DNA from: Mobula hypostoma
Taxonomy: Eukaryota
Direction: 5' to 3'
DNA: 64,000 nucleotides
Assembly (NCBI RefSeq): GCF_963921235.1
Contig: NC_086101.1
Location: 5,520,001 to 5,584,000, forward strand
Made by a program: the position numbers and the translations under genes. The stretch's first letter is position 1. Each line of letters opens with the position of its first letter. Under the pieces are notes generated by a model that worked only from the letters and a program-made list of their open reading frames with translations, ran no database searches and was not told where the DNA came from. Below, in pieces: positions 63,016 to 64,000 of the stretch.

Positions 63016-64000
63016 CCCCCCCCCCCCCGCTGTTTAACAGCAGACAGCGGGGGGGAGCAGAGTGGCATCAGTCGTTGGGAGGTCTAGACCTCAAGCCGCG
63101 GTGTCGCCTGGTTGCAGCTGCCCAGGAGAGAGGCACCAGAGTCAGTGTGTTCCACTGGAGGCACAGCGTGCGGGCTGGGCTCAGTGCTGCCCTCCAGTGT
63201 TCGCTCAGCAGAAGACAAGCTGCATTGCATTCCACTGCAGACTGCTACAACATTCGTGGACTTGGAATGTATATTTTTGTGTGTGACTGTATTTTTCTGC
63301 CATCTTACACATGCTTGCTATCTATATGTGTTTTATGTTCTGTGTGACTGTCGGTACTGTGTTTTCAACCTTGACCCCGGAGAAATGCTGTTTCATTTGG
63401 CTGTATTCATGTGTACTCATGTATTGTCGAACGACAATTAGACTTGAACCTGCACTGCTGTTGCAGAGTGACAGAAGTCAGTGGTAACAAACTTGGTTTT
63501 CAATCTGAGTTGCTAGTCTAATAACTGATTCAGAACACTGTCTAATCCAAATGCTGCCAGGCCTTTATTAACAGAAATCAGACCAGTAACAGGAGGCTCT
63601 GCAGATGTGAGGATAAGCAAGGATGCTGACGCTTCTGGAGCAGTGTCCACTGTCTGGCAGAGGAGTTGCTAAGCTCTGGTACGGGCTGAACGTGGGTGGC
63701 GGGCGCCAAGCCGAAAGCGAGGGTCAAGCCTCTGCTTGGCTGATTTAAGCACAGGACCAGATTGCAAAGGTCGGGGTGTTGGGGCCAGAGGTGTGAGGCA
63801 GGTCTGTGTTCAGCTCACTGTTCTGTGAGCTTTACTCATCTCTGCGTTGAACCGAGGCTGTAGCCTGCAACCAATGGACCCTTGCACCGACTGCCGAGGC
63901 GAGCTGGCTTCGTGGTTGTGCACTCAATTCCGTGAACTTTAGTTCTCAGTGTTACTTGTTTACTTTTCATTGTTTTCCCAATTTGTTTTTTTCTGCATAT

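Overview
Repeat-dense vertebrate genomic DNA. The CR1, Rex1/Babar, Penelope, RTE and V-SINE repertoire suggests a cartilaginous fish, probably a ray (inference). One host gene is supported: the 5' part of a tenascin gene on the minus strand. Its four coding exons (11274-10866, 8082-7597, 3726-3611, 1005-852) have canonical, phase-compatible splice sites and encode a signal peptide, the tenascin assembly domain, 4.5 EGF-like repeats and one FN3 domain; the gene continues off the left edge. The direct EGF-to-'EIP..LRM' FN3 junction points to tenascin-X (tnxb), but with far fewer EGF repeats than mammalian TNX and a tenascin-C-like N-terminus. I find no other host coding exon in the ~52 kb upstream, which is mostly nested transposable elements and minisatellites. 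Other highlights: a Penelope-type minimal hammerhead ribozyme sequestered in an 86-bp inverted repeat just upstream of the first coding exon; a three-TIR palindromic mariner MITE; minisatellites that visibly arose inside LINE fragments; a ~1040-bp higher-order repeat; and several candidate regulatory islands. All family assignments come from motif recognition, not database searches, and boundaries of old repeats are approximate.
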